Made by a program: the position numbers and the translations under genes. Positions 29,248 through 38,928 of a stretch of DNA of 64,000 bases are shown in pieces. Numbering within the stretch: the stretch's first letter is position 1; the number at the start of each line of letters is the position of its first letter. The notes below the pieces were generated by a model. It was not told where the DNA came from and did no database searches. It saw only the letters and a list, made by a program, of their open reading frames with translations. The stretch is from Fimbriimonas sp. (lineage in GTDB: Bacteria > Armatimonadota > Fimbriimonadia > Fimbriimonadales > Fimbriimonadaceae), in NCBI GenBank assembly GCA_965248555.1, contig CBDFJP010000002.1, positions 2,134,093-2,198,092 of the forward strand, in the 5' to 3' direction.

Positions 29248-29808
29248 TTGGTGATGATCGTCTCCGGAATGGTCGTTGTCGCCTTGGGGCTCCAAGGCCA
29301 CAACAAAAGGAAGGGAACCAGTTCCGAACTGGTGAAGATACTCTTAAACTTGCCCAAGGCTCAAGCGAAAGAGTATCGACAGAATCTGCCCGCGCTGAAA
29401 GACCTCTTGCGAGAATCTGAAGCTGTTTGGACAATTGCCACCAAAGACTCACCCATCGGGGAGGGTGCGAAGTTTGAGAAACTCCTGGGAGACGAGCAAC
29501 GAATCAGTGAACTCAATTCGACTGGATCGTTCCGGTTTCAGAAAGTCTCGAAACAGGATCTACCGGTTATCATAAACTATCTCCGCAACCTCCCGGCCGA
29601 AGAAGGACTCGCTGCGATGTGCTTTTCTCCCCGAAACTTCATTTACGCTAAGAAGGGCAAGGATTGGACGAAAATATCAATTTGCTACGAGTGCAGTCAG
29701 TTCGTTGTGGACATGGGTGCCAAAAAGCTCCACGGAACTCCAAATCGTGAGAGCATTTCAAAGTTAGAAACTATGTTCGGAATGCCTTATCAATCCCCAA
29801 AGTCTTAA
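29248..29808 (+). CDS. membrane-anchored Cys-motif protein, paralog family C (copy 2)
   Basis: See 27074-27613. N-terminal TM helix plus the same C..P..F..AKK...I.ICY.C block. Confidence 0.55.
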   Translation: MVMIVSGMVVVALGLQGHNKRKGTSSELVKILLNLPKAQAKEYRQNLPALKDLLRESEAVWTIATKDSPIGEGAKFEKLLGDEQRISELNSTGSFRFQKVSKQDLPVIINYLRNLPAEEGLAAMCFSPRNFIYAKKGKDWTKISICYECSQFVVDMGAKKLHGTPNRESISKLETMFGMPYQSPKS

Positions 29809-30873
29809 CTACAGCAAAGCCAACAACTTCTGATGCTCTTCCGCCGTGTGCATCGGGAAGTTGGCGACTCGGAAGTTGTGGGCCTTAAGCTCACCGTAGC
29901 AAGCACCCACATAGATGCCGTGCTCCTTCTCCCACACCGGGCGGACCGCGTCGACATCATCCGGAATATTCACTGCGAACAGCGTCGGCGACTTGTACCG
30001 ATCACTCACAACCATCCTTTTTGCCCGAGTTTCCGACAGGGCCGAATAGAAAGCCGCCGCCCGCTCATCAATCCCCGCCCGAAGCGCATCTAGCCCAATT
30101 GACTGGTACTTCGCCGCGCACTTATTGAGCAAGTACAAAGCCAAAACGTTCGGCGTCTCGGCCGTCATCGACTTCTCCGCAAACGTCTGAACCCGAGAAA
30201 AAGCACGGAAGGAGCCGATGCTCTGCGATTTTTCGAGCTGCCGCGATCGCTCCATCGCCCGCTCGCTCACCACTACAACGCTGAGTCCGGCGGTCGAATG
30301 AAAACCCTTCTGGACCGAAAACATACACACGTCCACCAGACCCCAATCCAACTGGCAATGCGGCATCGCGCTCACCACGTCCACCATCAACAGCTTCTCT
30401 GGATACTGGCGCCCCAAAGCGTGAATCTGCTCCTCCGGAATCCAAAGCCCAATGCTCGTCTCGTTATTCACAACGCAAATCGCCTCGGCGCTATCCGGAA
30501 CTGAAACCGCCGAAAAATCGCCGTCAAAGGTATGGTCATAGTCCCACCGAACCGCATTCCGACCCAGCCAGCCCGTGTACTGATGCCATCGCATCGCAAA
30601 CTCGCCGCCGACCATATGGAACGATTCCTTCGCCGTCAAGCACTCCATCCCCCGCTCCCAAGCCTCATTGCTCGAGTTCATGAAGATAATGTGGTGAGTC
30701 GAAGGCAACTTCAAAAGGTCCCGAACCCGCTCCCGAACCTCATCAAAAAGTGAGAAGAACCACTTCGACCGGTGACTCTGCCAAACCGCCCCATCCGCAA
30801 CCGCCTCCTGTAACCACTGCCCCATTTCAGGGTGAACTTTTGTCGGGCCGGGTGCGAGAACGGTGGGCGTCAT
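29809..30873 (-). CDS. serC: phosphoserine aminotransferase-like class V aminotransferase
   Basis: Class V fold motifs and the candidate PLP lysine in FSVQKGF. Sits immediately downstream of the SerB-SerA fusion gene. Confidence 0.75.
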   Translation of the reverse strand: MTPTVLAPGPTKVHPEMGQWLQEAVADGAVWQSHRSKWFFSLFDEVRERVRDLLKLPSTHHIIFMNSSNEAWERGMECLTAKESFHMVGGEFAMRWHQYTGWLGRNAVRWDYDHTFDGDFSAVSVPDSAEAICVVNNETSIGLWIPEEQIHALGRQYPEKLLMVDVVSAMPHCQLDWGLVDVCMFSVQKGFHSTAGLSVVVVSERAMERSRQLEKSQSIGSFRAFSRVQTFAEKSMTAETPNVLALYLLNKCAAKYQSIGLDALRAGIDERAAAFYSALSETRAKRMVVSDRYKSPTLFAVNIPDDVDAVRPVWEKEHGIYVGACYGELKAHNFRVANFPMHTAEEHQKLLALL

Positions 30874-30911
30874 AGTTGCTAGTTTACAGTTCTCGGTTCT
30901 CAGATTTCAGT

Positions 30912-32843
30912 TTACGGATTCAAAACCCTCAATTTGATCGTCTCTGGAACCTCGCGGATTTCCGCCAGAAGCTCGTCTGAAACCTTATCGGCGATATCCG
31001 TCACCAAGTAACCAATCAGATCCCGAGTCTTCAGGTTCTGACCCACGATGTTCACCCCGTGTCGCGCAAAAATCGCTGACACCGAAGCCACAATCCCCGG
31101 CACGTTCCGGTGAATATGCAAAATCCGCATCCCCTTCTGAATCGGCGGCAGGTACAAATCTGGCAAAGAAACTGAACCCAGCGTCTCGCCCTGCGCCACA
31201 AACTTCCGCAGCCGCTCCGAAACATAAGCTGCAATATTCCGCTGAGCCTCCTCCGTGCTCCCCGCAATATGCGGAGTAAGGATCACGTTTGGCAATCCGC
31301 GCAAAACCGACTCAAAAGGCTCGTCATTCGACTTCGGCTCCGAAGGGAAAACATCGATCCCCGCCCCGCCAACCTTGCCCGACAAAACAGCATCCCGTAA
31401 TGCCCCATAATCCACGACGGAGCCCCGAGACAAGTTCAAAAAGATGACCCCGTCCTTCATCATCTCAAACTCCTTCTTCGAGATCAAGTTCTTGTTCGAA
31501 GCCCGCCCATCAAAGTGGACGCTGATCACATCCGACTGCTTCAACAAGTCATGTAGCGACTGAATCCGCTGAGCCTTCCCATGCGACAGCTTCTCCGCGA
31601 TGTCGTAATACAGAACCTCCAGCCCCACGCTCTCCGCCAAAACGCTGAGCTGAGACCCGATATTCCCGTATCCAATAATCCCGAGCTTCTTCCCCCGAAT
31701 CTCGTGCGCCCCTGCCGCCGACTTCGTCCATCGCCCCTCGTGCAAGGCCGTCGAGTGTGCAAACACGCGCCGCATCAACACCATTGCCTCTCCCAAAGCG
31801 AGTTCAACCACGCTCCGCGTATTGCTAAAAGGAGCATTGAAAACCGCTACCCCGCGAGAAGCTGCGCAAGAAGAATCCACATGATCCGTCCCCACGCTAA
31901 AAACCCCAATCGCCATCAACCGCTTCCCAGCCTGAATCACCCGCGCCGGAATCTTTGTCCGAGTCCGAACCCCGATAATCGAAACGTCCTTGATTCGCCG
32001 GACCAACTCATCTTCCGAAAGCTTCTCCTTAACCTGCTCAACCCGGTACCCCTCCGCCACCAGGCTGTCCGCCGCATCAGAGTCGATGGAATCAAGAAGC
32101 AATATGTTTATCTTTGAGCGGGGAAAGCTGTACCGTGTAGGCAAGTCCGACTCCGCCAAGACCTCATCAATCCCATAAACCACCGAGTCCGCCTTCGCCG
32201 CAACCGCCTCGCGATACACCGTCTCGGCGTAACAGAAAAACCTCGAGGCCGCCCCGGCTTCCCGGATCTGATAGTCGGTAAACCCATCGCCAACCACCCA
32301 TTTCGGCCCTTCGTAAGCGATCGACTCGACAACCGGAATCTTTCCTCCTACCTGCGAAAGTGGGTTCTGATCGTCAAATCCGATTATCTTCCCTTCCTCA
32401 TCAAACAAGAAAGAATTAGCGTAGACGCGGGAATTCGGAATATCCAGCAACGCCGCAATCGGAGCCACAAACTCCGCAAACCCACCCGTCACCACATAAA
32501 GTCGATCCGCAACCGCCTTCAGCTGCTTCTTATGCGCCGCGAAGCTCGGCGACAGCGACTTCTTGAGCTTCTTGGCCAGTGTCTCCAAATGCCCTTGGTT
32601 CGCATCCAAAAGCCGAACACGCTCGGCCAAAGACTCACGGAAGCCTAACTTCCCTTCCATGCCGAGCTTTGTCAGTTCCTCGATTCGAGCCAGCCGCTCA
32701 TCCCGCTCCGGATGCTTCGCTAAGGAAATTTCCGCGAGAGCATCGAGTGACTCAACGGTGACAATCGTGCTGTCAAAATCCAAAATGAGGATGGGCTTCA
32801 TGGACATACGCGACGCCGAGCCCCATTGCTTCTTGTCTCGCAA
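30912..32843 (-). CDS. serA: fusion protein: HAD phosphoserine phosphatase (N) + D-3-phosphoglycerate dehydrogenase + ACT domain (C)
   Basis: HAD motifs DFDSTIV and VGDGFTD. Dehydrogenase motifs GIIGYGNIGSQ and TPHIAGST. C-terminal ACT segment ILHIHRNVPGIVA. Likely start is the ATG at 32807 (MSMKPIL). Confidence 0.85.
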   Translation of the reverse strand: MRDKKQWGSASRMSMKPILILDFDSTIVTVESLDALAEISLAKHPERDERLARIEELTKLGMEGKLGFRESLAERVRLLDANQGHLETLAKKLKKSLSPSFAAHKKQLKAVADRLYVVTGGFAEFVAPIAALLDIPNSRVYANSFLFDEEGKIIGFDDQNPLSQVGGKIPVVESIAYEGPKWVVGDGFTDYQIREAGAASRFFCYAETVYREAVAAKADSVVYGIDEVLAESDLPTRYSFPRSKINILLLDSIDSDAADSLVAEGYRVEQVKEKLSEDELVRRIKDVSIIGVRTRTKIPARVIQAGKRLMAIGVFSVGTDHVDSSCAASRGVAVFNAPFSNTRSVVELALGEAMVLMRRVFAHSTALHEGRWTKSAAGAHEIRGKKLGIIGYGNIGSQLSVLAESVGLEVLYYDIAEKLSHGKAQRIQSLHDLLKQSDVISVHFDGRASNKNLISKKEFEMMKDGVIFLNLSRGSVVDYGALRDAVLSGKVGGAGIDVFPSEPKSNDEPFESVLRGLPNVILTPHIAGSTEEAQRNIAAYVSERLRKFVAQGETLGSVSLPDLYLPPIQKGMRILHIHRNVPGIVASVSAIFARHGVNIVGQNLKTRDLIGYLVTDIADKVSDELLAEIREVPETIKLRVLNP

Positions 32844-32890
32844 ACAGATTACCGGAACCTAGCCCAACCGGCATGGGTTAGCATAGAGGA

Positions 32891-33697
32891 ATGAAGCGCA
32901 AGGTGCCCATCTGGAAAAGGATCGCCAGATCCTTCCTTATGATGTTAGGCATCATCGGCGCAATCTATCTGTGGAACCCCCAACGCCTCCACTACTTCGC
33001 AAAACCAGTCGCCCTCCCAAAACTTAATCCTGATGCCTCAAGCCTGTTCGCAAAAGGCACCCGAGTTACCGCCGTCGTCGGCCACCCCGATGACGCCGAG
33101 TTCTACATCTCCGGAACCCTGCTCAAGCTCCACCAATCCGGAGTCGCCATCACCCTCATCGTCGTCACCGACGGCGACAAAAGTTTCTACCCCTGGTTCC
33201 TCACCAACGCCGAAGAGAACCGAAAAGTAAGGCGACAAGAGCAAGAAGAAGCCTCAAAATCCTACGGCGCAAAAGTCGTCTTCCTCGGCGGCCCCGACGG
33301 TCGCTACGACCCCGACGAAAAGGCCCTCCGCGCCAAACTCCTCACCGCGATCCAAGACTCCAAACCCGACTACCTCCTCTCCTTCGACGACGAATACGTC
33401 ATCAAAGTCCAACACCGCGACCACGAAAACTCCGGCCGCGCCACCCGCGAACTCGCCCCCCAAACCACCGCCAAATGGCTCCTCCTTTTCGCAACCATGG
33501 CCCCCAACTATTGGGTCGACACCACCGGAACCTGGGACAAACGCGCCGACCTCCTCGCCGTCCACAAAAGCCAGTTCTATGGCGGAAAGCTCCAACTGAT
33601 CCAAGGCACAATCTTCGACAAAACCACCACCGAAGGCGAGAAGATTGGAACAGAGACGGCTGAGAGCTTTCGGGCGATTCGAGTCGCGCTACAATAG
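32891..33697 (+). CDS. PIG-L/LmbE-family deacetylase
   Basis: N-terminal TM helix; VVGHPDDAEFYISGTL and VVTDGD motifs. Confidence 0.8.
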   Translation: MKRKVPIWKRIARSFLMMLGIIGAIYLWNPQRLHYFAKPVALPKLNPDASSLFAKGTRVTAVVGHPDDAEFYISGTLLKLHQSGVAITLIVVTDGDKSFYPWFLTNAEENRKVRRQEQEEASKSYGAKVVFLGGPDGRYDPDEKALRAKLLTAIQDSKPDYLLSFDDEYVIKVQHRDHENSGRATRELAPQTTAKWLLLFATMAPNYWVDTTGTWDKRADLLAVHKSQFYGGKLQLIQGTIFDKTTTEGEKIGTETAESFRAIRVALQ

Positions 33698-33704
33698 ATT
33701 AGAG

Positions 33705-33941
33705 ATGCGAGATAGGCTGCCGGAGGACATGAAATGGGTGGTCAGTCGCGGACACATCGTGTTCTATTTCTTAGCGGTCAGCTTGGTGGTTGGACTTGCA
33801 ATCACCCGGCTCCTTTCTCCAGAGTTTTCTAGACAGGCGTTTGCGCTTCAGATCATCTCCAAGTTGATCCTCCTTGCAACTTTCGGTTACATGCAAACCA
33901 GAATTGTGATGGTGGTAGCGCGCCGCCCCAAAACACAATAG
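33705..33941 (+). CDS. small hypothetical membrane protein
   Basis: Internal ATG of ORF 33645-33941. Two hydrophobic helices. Confidence 0.3.
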   Translation: MRDRLPEDMKWVVSRGHIVFYFLAVSLVVGLAITRLLSPEFSRQAFALQIISKLILLATFGYMQTRIVMVVARRPKTQ

Positions 33942-34008
33942 CTGAGCCCGCCCCACCTGGAACGCGGGCGCCCCGCCCGCACAGCGAGCGCAGCGAGGCC
34001 ACAGAAAC

Positions 34009-35322
34009 CTACCGCTTAACGCCCCGCCAAGTATCCAGCCGCTCCCCGCCCATATAGCTCCCGATATCAAAGGCGTGGTCATCCGCCCCCTCAACAAAGA
34101 GCTCAACCTTCTGAAAAGCGATCCGCTCCTCTGCCGAATGCCGCCCCTGGCCCATTCCGCCCACAAACACCGAATGCTTCCCGAACCGGTGGTTCATCTT
34201 ATCCACCGCATGGCTAAACTCCGCCCGCTCCGGAGTCTGGTCGAACAGCGACGGCGTCACAAACTCCGGCCGCAATAGCCCCGTAAACACAATCCCCACC
34301 TGCAACGGCCGCTCAAAATCCGCCTCAGACCACGCCGAAGCGATCAACGAAGTCACCGTCACCGAATCCTGGCAGGGCGGCAAAGCCAAAGTCGCCTTCC
34401 AAGACCGCCGCATCCCTTTCACATAAATCCCCATGTGCGTCGCCCAAAGCTTGTTCGCCCGAAGCCGCGCCGTCGCCTTATGCGCCAGCCGCATCATCAC
34501 CTCGCGAGCCCCCTCTTCCGTCCGCAAATCCGGCGGCAAAACGTGCGAGTGCGACAACGACTGATCCTGCCGAGTCTCGTAATCCACCTCGTACCCGTGC
34601 AAATTGAACCAGTACCGCTCGCCCATCACCGACCCAAACGCCCTTCGCATCTCTTCCGGCGATAACGCCAAAAGTTGCCTTGAAGAGAACACCCCCGCCG
34701 CATTCAGCCGCGCCTTCATCCGCTTGTTGATTCCGCAAAAATCCGTCAGCTTCAGCTCATACAGCCGCGAAGGAATATCGTCGGCGGTCAGAATCACCAA
34801 CCCGTCCGGCTTCATCATGTCCGTCGCCGTCTTCGCCAAAAAGTGGTTCGTCGCAATCCCAAACGAAGCCGTCATACACTCGCCAACGTTCTCCCGAATC
34901 GCCTTCTTCATCTTCAGCGCAAGCTCCCGCGCCACCGCCGGCGGAGCCTCGGTCTCCAGCAACCGAAACCGCATCTCATCAATCGAACACACCTTGTCAA
35001 CCGGAAGAACCGACTCGCAAACCTCAACAATCCGCTTGTGAAACGCCGTATAAGCCGCGTGATTCCCCTTCACAATCACCACGTCCGGACAAAGCTGCTT
35101 CGCCAGCCCAATGTTGGTGCCGGTCTTGATTCCAAACCGCTTCGCCTCGTAAGAAGCCGCAATCGCCGAAGTGTTATCCCCCGCCGTCGGAGCCACAATC
35201 AAAGGCCGCCCCCTCAACGAAGGATCCAACTGCTGCTCGCACGAGGCAAAGTAAGCATTCAGGTCCATAAACATCGACTTAAGCCGACTAGGAGGCGATA
35301 TAGGTAGATATTGTTCTACCAT
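34009..35322 (-). CDS. Y-family DNA polymerase (DinB/Pol IV-like)
   Basis: FMDLNAYFASCEQ, RGRPLIV, AASYEAKRFGIKTG and SIDEMRF motifs. Confidence 0.85.
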   Translation of the reverse strand: MVEQYLPISPPSRLKSMFMDLNAYFASCEQQLDPSLRGRPLIVAPTAGDNTSAIAASYEAKRFGIKTGTNIGLAKQLCPDVVIVKGNHAAYTAFHKRIVEVCESVLPVDKVCSIDEMRFRLLETEAPPAVARELALKMKKAIRENVGECMTASFGIATNHFLAKTATDMMKPDGLVILTADDIPSRLYELKLTDFCGINKRMKARLNAAGVFSSRQLLALSPEEMRRAFGSVMGERYWFNLHGYEVDYETRQDQSLSHSHVLPPDLRTEEGAREVMMRLAHKATARLRANKLWATHMGIYVKGMRRSWKATLALPPCQDSVTVTSLIASAWSEADFERPLQVGIVFTGLLRPEFVTPSLFDQTPERAEFSHAVDKMNHRFGKHSVFVGGMGQGRHSAEERIAFQKVELFVEGADDHAFDIGSYMGGERLDTWRGVKR

Positions 35323-35386
35323 AAATTGATTATACGCTATTACTTGGGAAATCTAGATGTCGAAGTTTGAGTCCTCTCGAGGAGGG

Positions 35387-35833
35387 TCATTCGTGTTGCG
35401 TGCCCTTCTTGGTAACCCTCACACCTGAGAGACGAGCGCACTCGTAAAGAAACCAACGAGCCTCTTCGCCTTCTCCTAGCAGAATCGTCGGCCGGCCGCG
35501 GAGCTTGACTATATAGTATGTGTTTTCTCCGCCTGCATCCTCTGTCAATCGTTCAATCTCATCCCATCCAAGCCTGGTTTGTTGCTTTTTCGACCAAACA
35601 ACAAGGTGGTCCGGAGTTGTGATGAGCTCATCCGTGATCCAGTAGTAACGATAGCTGTACAAGGAGGCTACAAGAACCACCAGCCCAAATCCGGAAACCA
35701 AAATTCTTCCCAGTAAAAGAAAAGTGGTTTCGGGTCCCGAAATCAGCATCCCTCCGAGCACGAACGCTAAGCCAAATCCAGCCACGATACACCCGGAAAA
35801 GTTCTGAAGTTCGCTTTGGGGGCGGAACCTCAT
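35387..35833 (-). CDS. two-TM + PH-like domain protein, tandem paralog 3 of 3
   Basis: MRFRPQSE N-terminus, two TM helices and a ~70-aa soluble tail. 4-nt overlap with the upstream paralog. Confidence 0.6.
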   Translation of the reverse strand: MRFRPQSELQNFSGCIVAGFGLAFVLGGMLISGPETTFLLLGRILVSGFGLVVLVASLYSYRYYWITDELITTPDHLVVWSKKQQTRLGWDEIERLTEDAGGENTYYIVKLRGRPTILLGEGEEARWFLYECARLSGVRVTKKGTQHE

Positions 35834-36261
35834 GCGCCACTTCTCTTAATAAAGATTCCAGACGCTTTTGACAGCGCAGAAACAAATGCCTGAGCCGACT
35901 GAGAGTCGTTAAACTTGATCACAGGTTCCCCATCAATTCTTAGATTGATCATCATTAAGTCATCCTCGTAGGGTGACTCTTCGATTGCTCGAATTTTGGT
36001 CAACTCAACAAGCCTTTCCCCTGACTTTGCTCGCATGACCAGTTGGTCTCCGCGAATCTCAAGCTCTCTATAAAAACCGACTCGAGTAAGATGCCACCGG
36101 CCATAGATGATCAAGCCCGTACCAGCTAGAAAGTGACCCAACGTCGTCCACTGCCCCCGAGCCATTCCCACAAGTCCAGCGATAGCAAAGCCAACTCCCA
36201 CAATCACGCCTAGCCATGCTTTTGTGCGAACCCCTCGCTGCTCAGGTCGAAAGATCATCAC
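35830..36261 (-). CDS. two-TM + PH-like domain protein, tandem paralog 2 of 3
   Basis: MMIFRPEQRG N-terminus with the same architecture (YRELEIRGDQLVMR). 4-nt overlaps on both sides. Confidence 0.6.
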   Translation of the reverse strand: MMIFRPEQRGVRTKAWLGVIVGVGFAIAGLVGMARGQWTTLGHFLAGTGLIIYGRWHLTRVGFYRELEIRGDQLVMRAKSGERLVELTKIRAIEESPYEDDLMMINLRIDGEPVIKFNDSQSAQAFVSALSKASGIFIKRSGA

Positions 36262-36683
36262 TTCACCCTCTTAATCCGGACTCCTGCCGCATCAGACAGA
36301 CCACTCATGAATACGCGAGCCTCGTGCGAAGGCTCAAACCGAATAGGATATTCGTCGCGAAACCTCAACTCCATGAACTTCCAACCCTCCCCATCAAGCT
36401 CCTCTCCAAGCTTCTCGAGCTTATTGATTTGAACCTGCTTTTCGGTTCCATCTTTGCGTAACAGCACCCACTCCCCACGAATCTCCATCTCGTCGTAATA
36501 GCCATGCCGGTTCAAAACATACCAACCCATGTAGACAAACCCGATTCCAAGTGCAATAGGTGCCAGTCCCGCCAAGCCATCATGAATAACGCCCCCAATA
36601 CCACCGGCTACAAACACTAGTCCACCTATCCCTGCAGTCCAGCCCCCGACACGATAAATTCCCTGCTCTGGGCGAAAGACCAT
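36258..36683 (-). CDS. two-TM + PH-like domain protein, tandem paralog 1 of 3
   Basis: MVFRPEQGI N-terminus with the same architecture (YDEMEIRGEWVLLR). Confidence 0.6.
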   Translation of the reverse strand: MVFRPEQGIYRVGGWTAGIGGLVFVAGGIGGVIHDGLAGLAPIALGIGFVYMGWYVLNRHGYYDEMEIRGEWVLLRKDGTEKQVQINKLEKLGEELDGEGWKFMELRFRDEYPIRFEPSHEARVFMSGLSDAAGVRIKRVK

Positions 36684-36823
36684 GCATCTTCATTGTACAA
36701 AACTCTGGAAAAAATGATGCCCCAGGGTTGCCAGCTCGGCCAACAGAAATCTTTCCTGCTTGCAGACCACTTTGGGTAACGTTGAACCATGCCAACCGTA
36801 ACCCAGGTCAGCGAGGAGAGCCC

Positions 36824-38437
36824 ATGTGCGTCACCAGTCTGCTAACCATCCTCCTGACATCGGATTCCCAGTCCGCGAAGCCACAATCACCCGTGACTTC
36901 CCACAGCCAGGGACTCCACGGCTACATCAGCTTCCAGCACGAACCCCTGCCCCCCAAAGGCGGATTCACCGCCGGAATGGGGTTCTACGCCGCCGTTTGG
37001 CCCCTCACCGATAAGCCGCTCGCCGGATTCCAGATCGGCCTCCCCGGATCATGGATTCAGCCCGACAACCGTGATAACAAAGACAAACCCCTCGCCCCCG
37101 TCGGCACTCTGGCGCGCCAGTGGAAGGAGCGCGGTCCAACCTGGGATACCGTGTTCCAAACCGTCGAAGGCGGCCTCGGCTACTGGGCGGGCAACCACTT
37201 CCGATATGGCCCACCAAAGTTCAGCATGAACGCCACTCCGCAATGTTACGACTACGAAGTCGGCTCCCCCGGCTGGTCGTTCTTCTACAGCAACACCGCC
37301 CTGCCCGATAACCAGCTCGGCATCGCGCAGCTCAGCAACCGAATGCTCATCCCGCCCGACGGACTGCCGTTCCAAGGCAAGCCAAACGGCGAGTTCCTCG
37401 GCTACAGCTGGATGGCCCTCCCCTTCACCGACGCCACCGCCGGTGCACCGCCAACCGGCGACCAAAGCTGGACCTGCTTCCTCTCCGCCCAAAACTTCCG
37501 AGGACCCATCGCCTACTACATCCCCGAGACCTGGAGCAAAATCGGCAAGCTGTTCAACGAGCCATTCCTCTACGGCCGAGGACTAGACTCCCGCCCCGGA
37601 ATCATGGGCGGAGGAGCCATGGAGATCAACACCGTTCCCCGGCTCGACAGCAAGGACTCCGCCGGAACGGTCTACACAAAATTGCCTAACCTCGAGTTCC
37701 CCGTCGATGCCCAAGGACGGTCCATCCTAGTCCAAGACGTCACCTACTACTCCAAGTCCGCCCTGTTCAATCAGTTCAAGGCGTGGAAAAACGGTGGACC
37801 CGCATGTCGAGGACTCTTTGACCTAACCAGCGCCTTCCGACCCAAGCTCACCACCCGAACAACCCGTTACGACCAAGCCGGCCAGCGCCTCGAGGGCGTC
37901 GAAAAGGCGTTCGATACCAAGGTCTTCGAAGGCAATGTCTGGGGTCTCCAGTGGTCCAACTCCCAGGTCGCCCAGCGCGGCAAATTCCCCCAGTACTACA
38001 AGCAAGTCGGCGATAAGCGTGTAGCCGTTCCCGAAAACGAGGTCCCCAGAGAAACCGAACTCCACTCCGCCGAGTTTCGCCTCGCCAAGCCCGGCGCCGC
38101 CTACACATCCCCAACCAAAGGAGCCTGGACAGAACCCGGATCCAAAGCCGGACCCTACAAAGTAAAGCTTGTCGATGGCTCCGTCGTGACCTATTCGTGG
38201 TACCGATTCGTCGACCAGCCCTCCTTCCAGCAGTACAACTGGAGCGTCGCGAAGAAGCAACAACTCCAGGCTCTGGTCGAGAAAATCCACGCCCAATGGA
38301 CCCCGAACCAAACCTTCATGCCGCCCCCATCCCAAGGCAAACTTGTCTCCCTCGACCCCGCCCTCCTCGTCACCCCGCCTAAAGGCCTCGAGCGAGGCTA
38401 CGTCCCCATCGTGACTGCACAGTCGGTTAAGAGCTGA
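36824..38437 (+). CDS. hypothetical protein
   Basis: The ATG at 36824 is preceded by AGGAGAG. 537 aa, Trp/Pro/Gly-rich, no family recognised. ORF track start is 36728. Confidence 0.55.
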   Translation: MCVTSLLTILLTSDSQSAKPQSPVTSHSQGLHGYISFQHEPLPPKGGFTAGMGFYAAVWPLTDKPLAGFQIGLPGSWIQPDNRDNKDKPLAPVGTLARQWKERGPTWDTVFQTVEGGLGYWAGNHFRYGPPKFSMNATPQCYDYEVGSPGWSFFYSNTALPDNQLGIAQLSNRMLIPPDGLPFQGKPNGEFLGYSWMALPFTDATAGAPPTGDQSWTCFLSAQNFRGPIAYYIPETWSKIGKLFNEPFLYGRGLDSRPGIMGGGAMEINTVPRLDSKDSAGTVYTKLPNLEFPVDAQGRSILVQDVTYYSKSALFNQFKAWKNGGPACRGLFDLTSAFRPKLTTRTTRYDQAGQRLEGVEKAFDTKVFEGNVWGLQWSNSQVAQRGKFPQYYKQVGDKRVAVPENEVPRETELHSAEFRLAKPGAAYTSPTKGAWTEPGSKAGPYKVKLVDGSVVTYSWYRFVDQPSFQQYNWSVAKKQQLQALVEKIHAQWTPNQTFMPPPSQGKLVSLDPALLVTPPKGLERGYVPIVTAQSVKS

Positions 38438-38455
38438 GGGCTAAAGTGCCATGAT

Positions 38456-38480
38456 GCCTCGGGATCCGAAATCCCGAGGC
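38456..38480 (+). terminator. stem-loop after the 36824-38437 gene (no T-tract)
   Basis: gcctcggga-tccgaaa-tcccgaggc, a 9-bp perfect stem 19 nt after the stop. Confidence 0.4.
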
Positions 38481-38928
38481 TAAAGACCAACTTTCGCGGA
38501 AACCAGGTTGACGAATCCCCTGAAACTTCGCCTAGTAAGTGATGATCAAATCACAACAAATACTCAAGCGTCCCCCACCAAGCCCCCGTGAACAAAAAGC
38601 CGCGCCCCTTCGCGCCCTACTTTGTTCGAACTCTGCACGCCCGTTGAACCTATCGCGCCCCATCTACTCTACGCACGGGCTGCCGTCATCCACTTCCGCC
38701 ATGACCGCCGAAATCCACCCCAAAACCAAACCCCCATGAACCCAAAACCTCCAAAGCCGCCGTCCGTGCACATGCACCCTTCACGTTCAAAAACACGCAC
38801 CGACTGCACCGAACTTTTCCCGAAATCTGGACCCCGTCGAACCTAGATGCACCGACTTCACCAACTCACATCTTCGCCGGCCCACGAAAAACCAATATCG
38901 AAAAGCCAAAAGCCACGTTAAACTAAGA

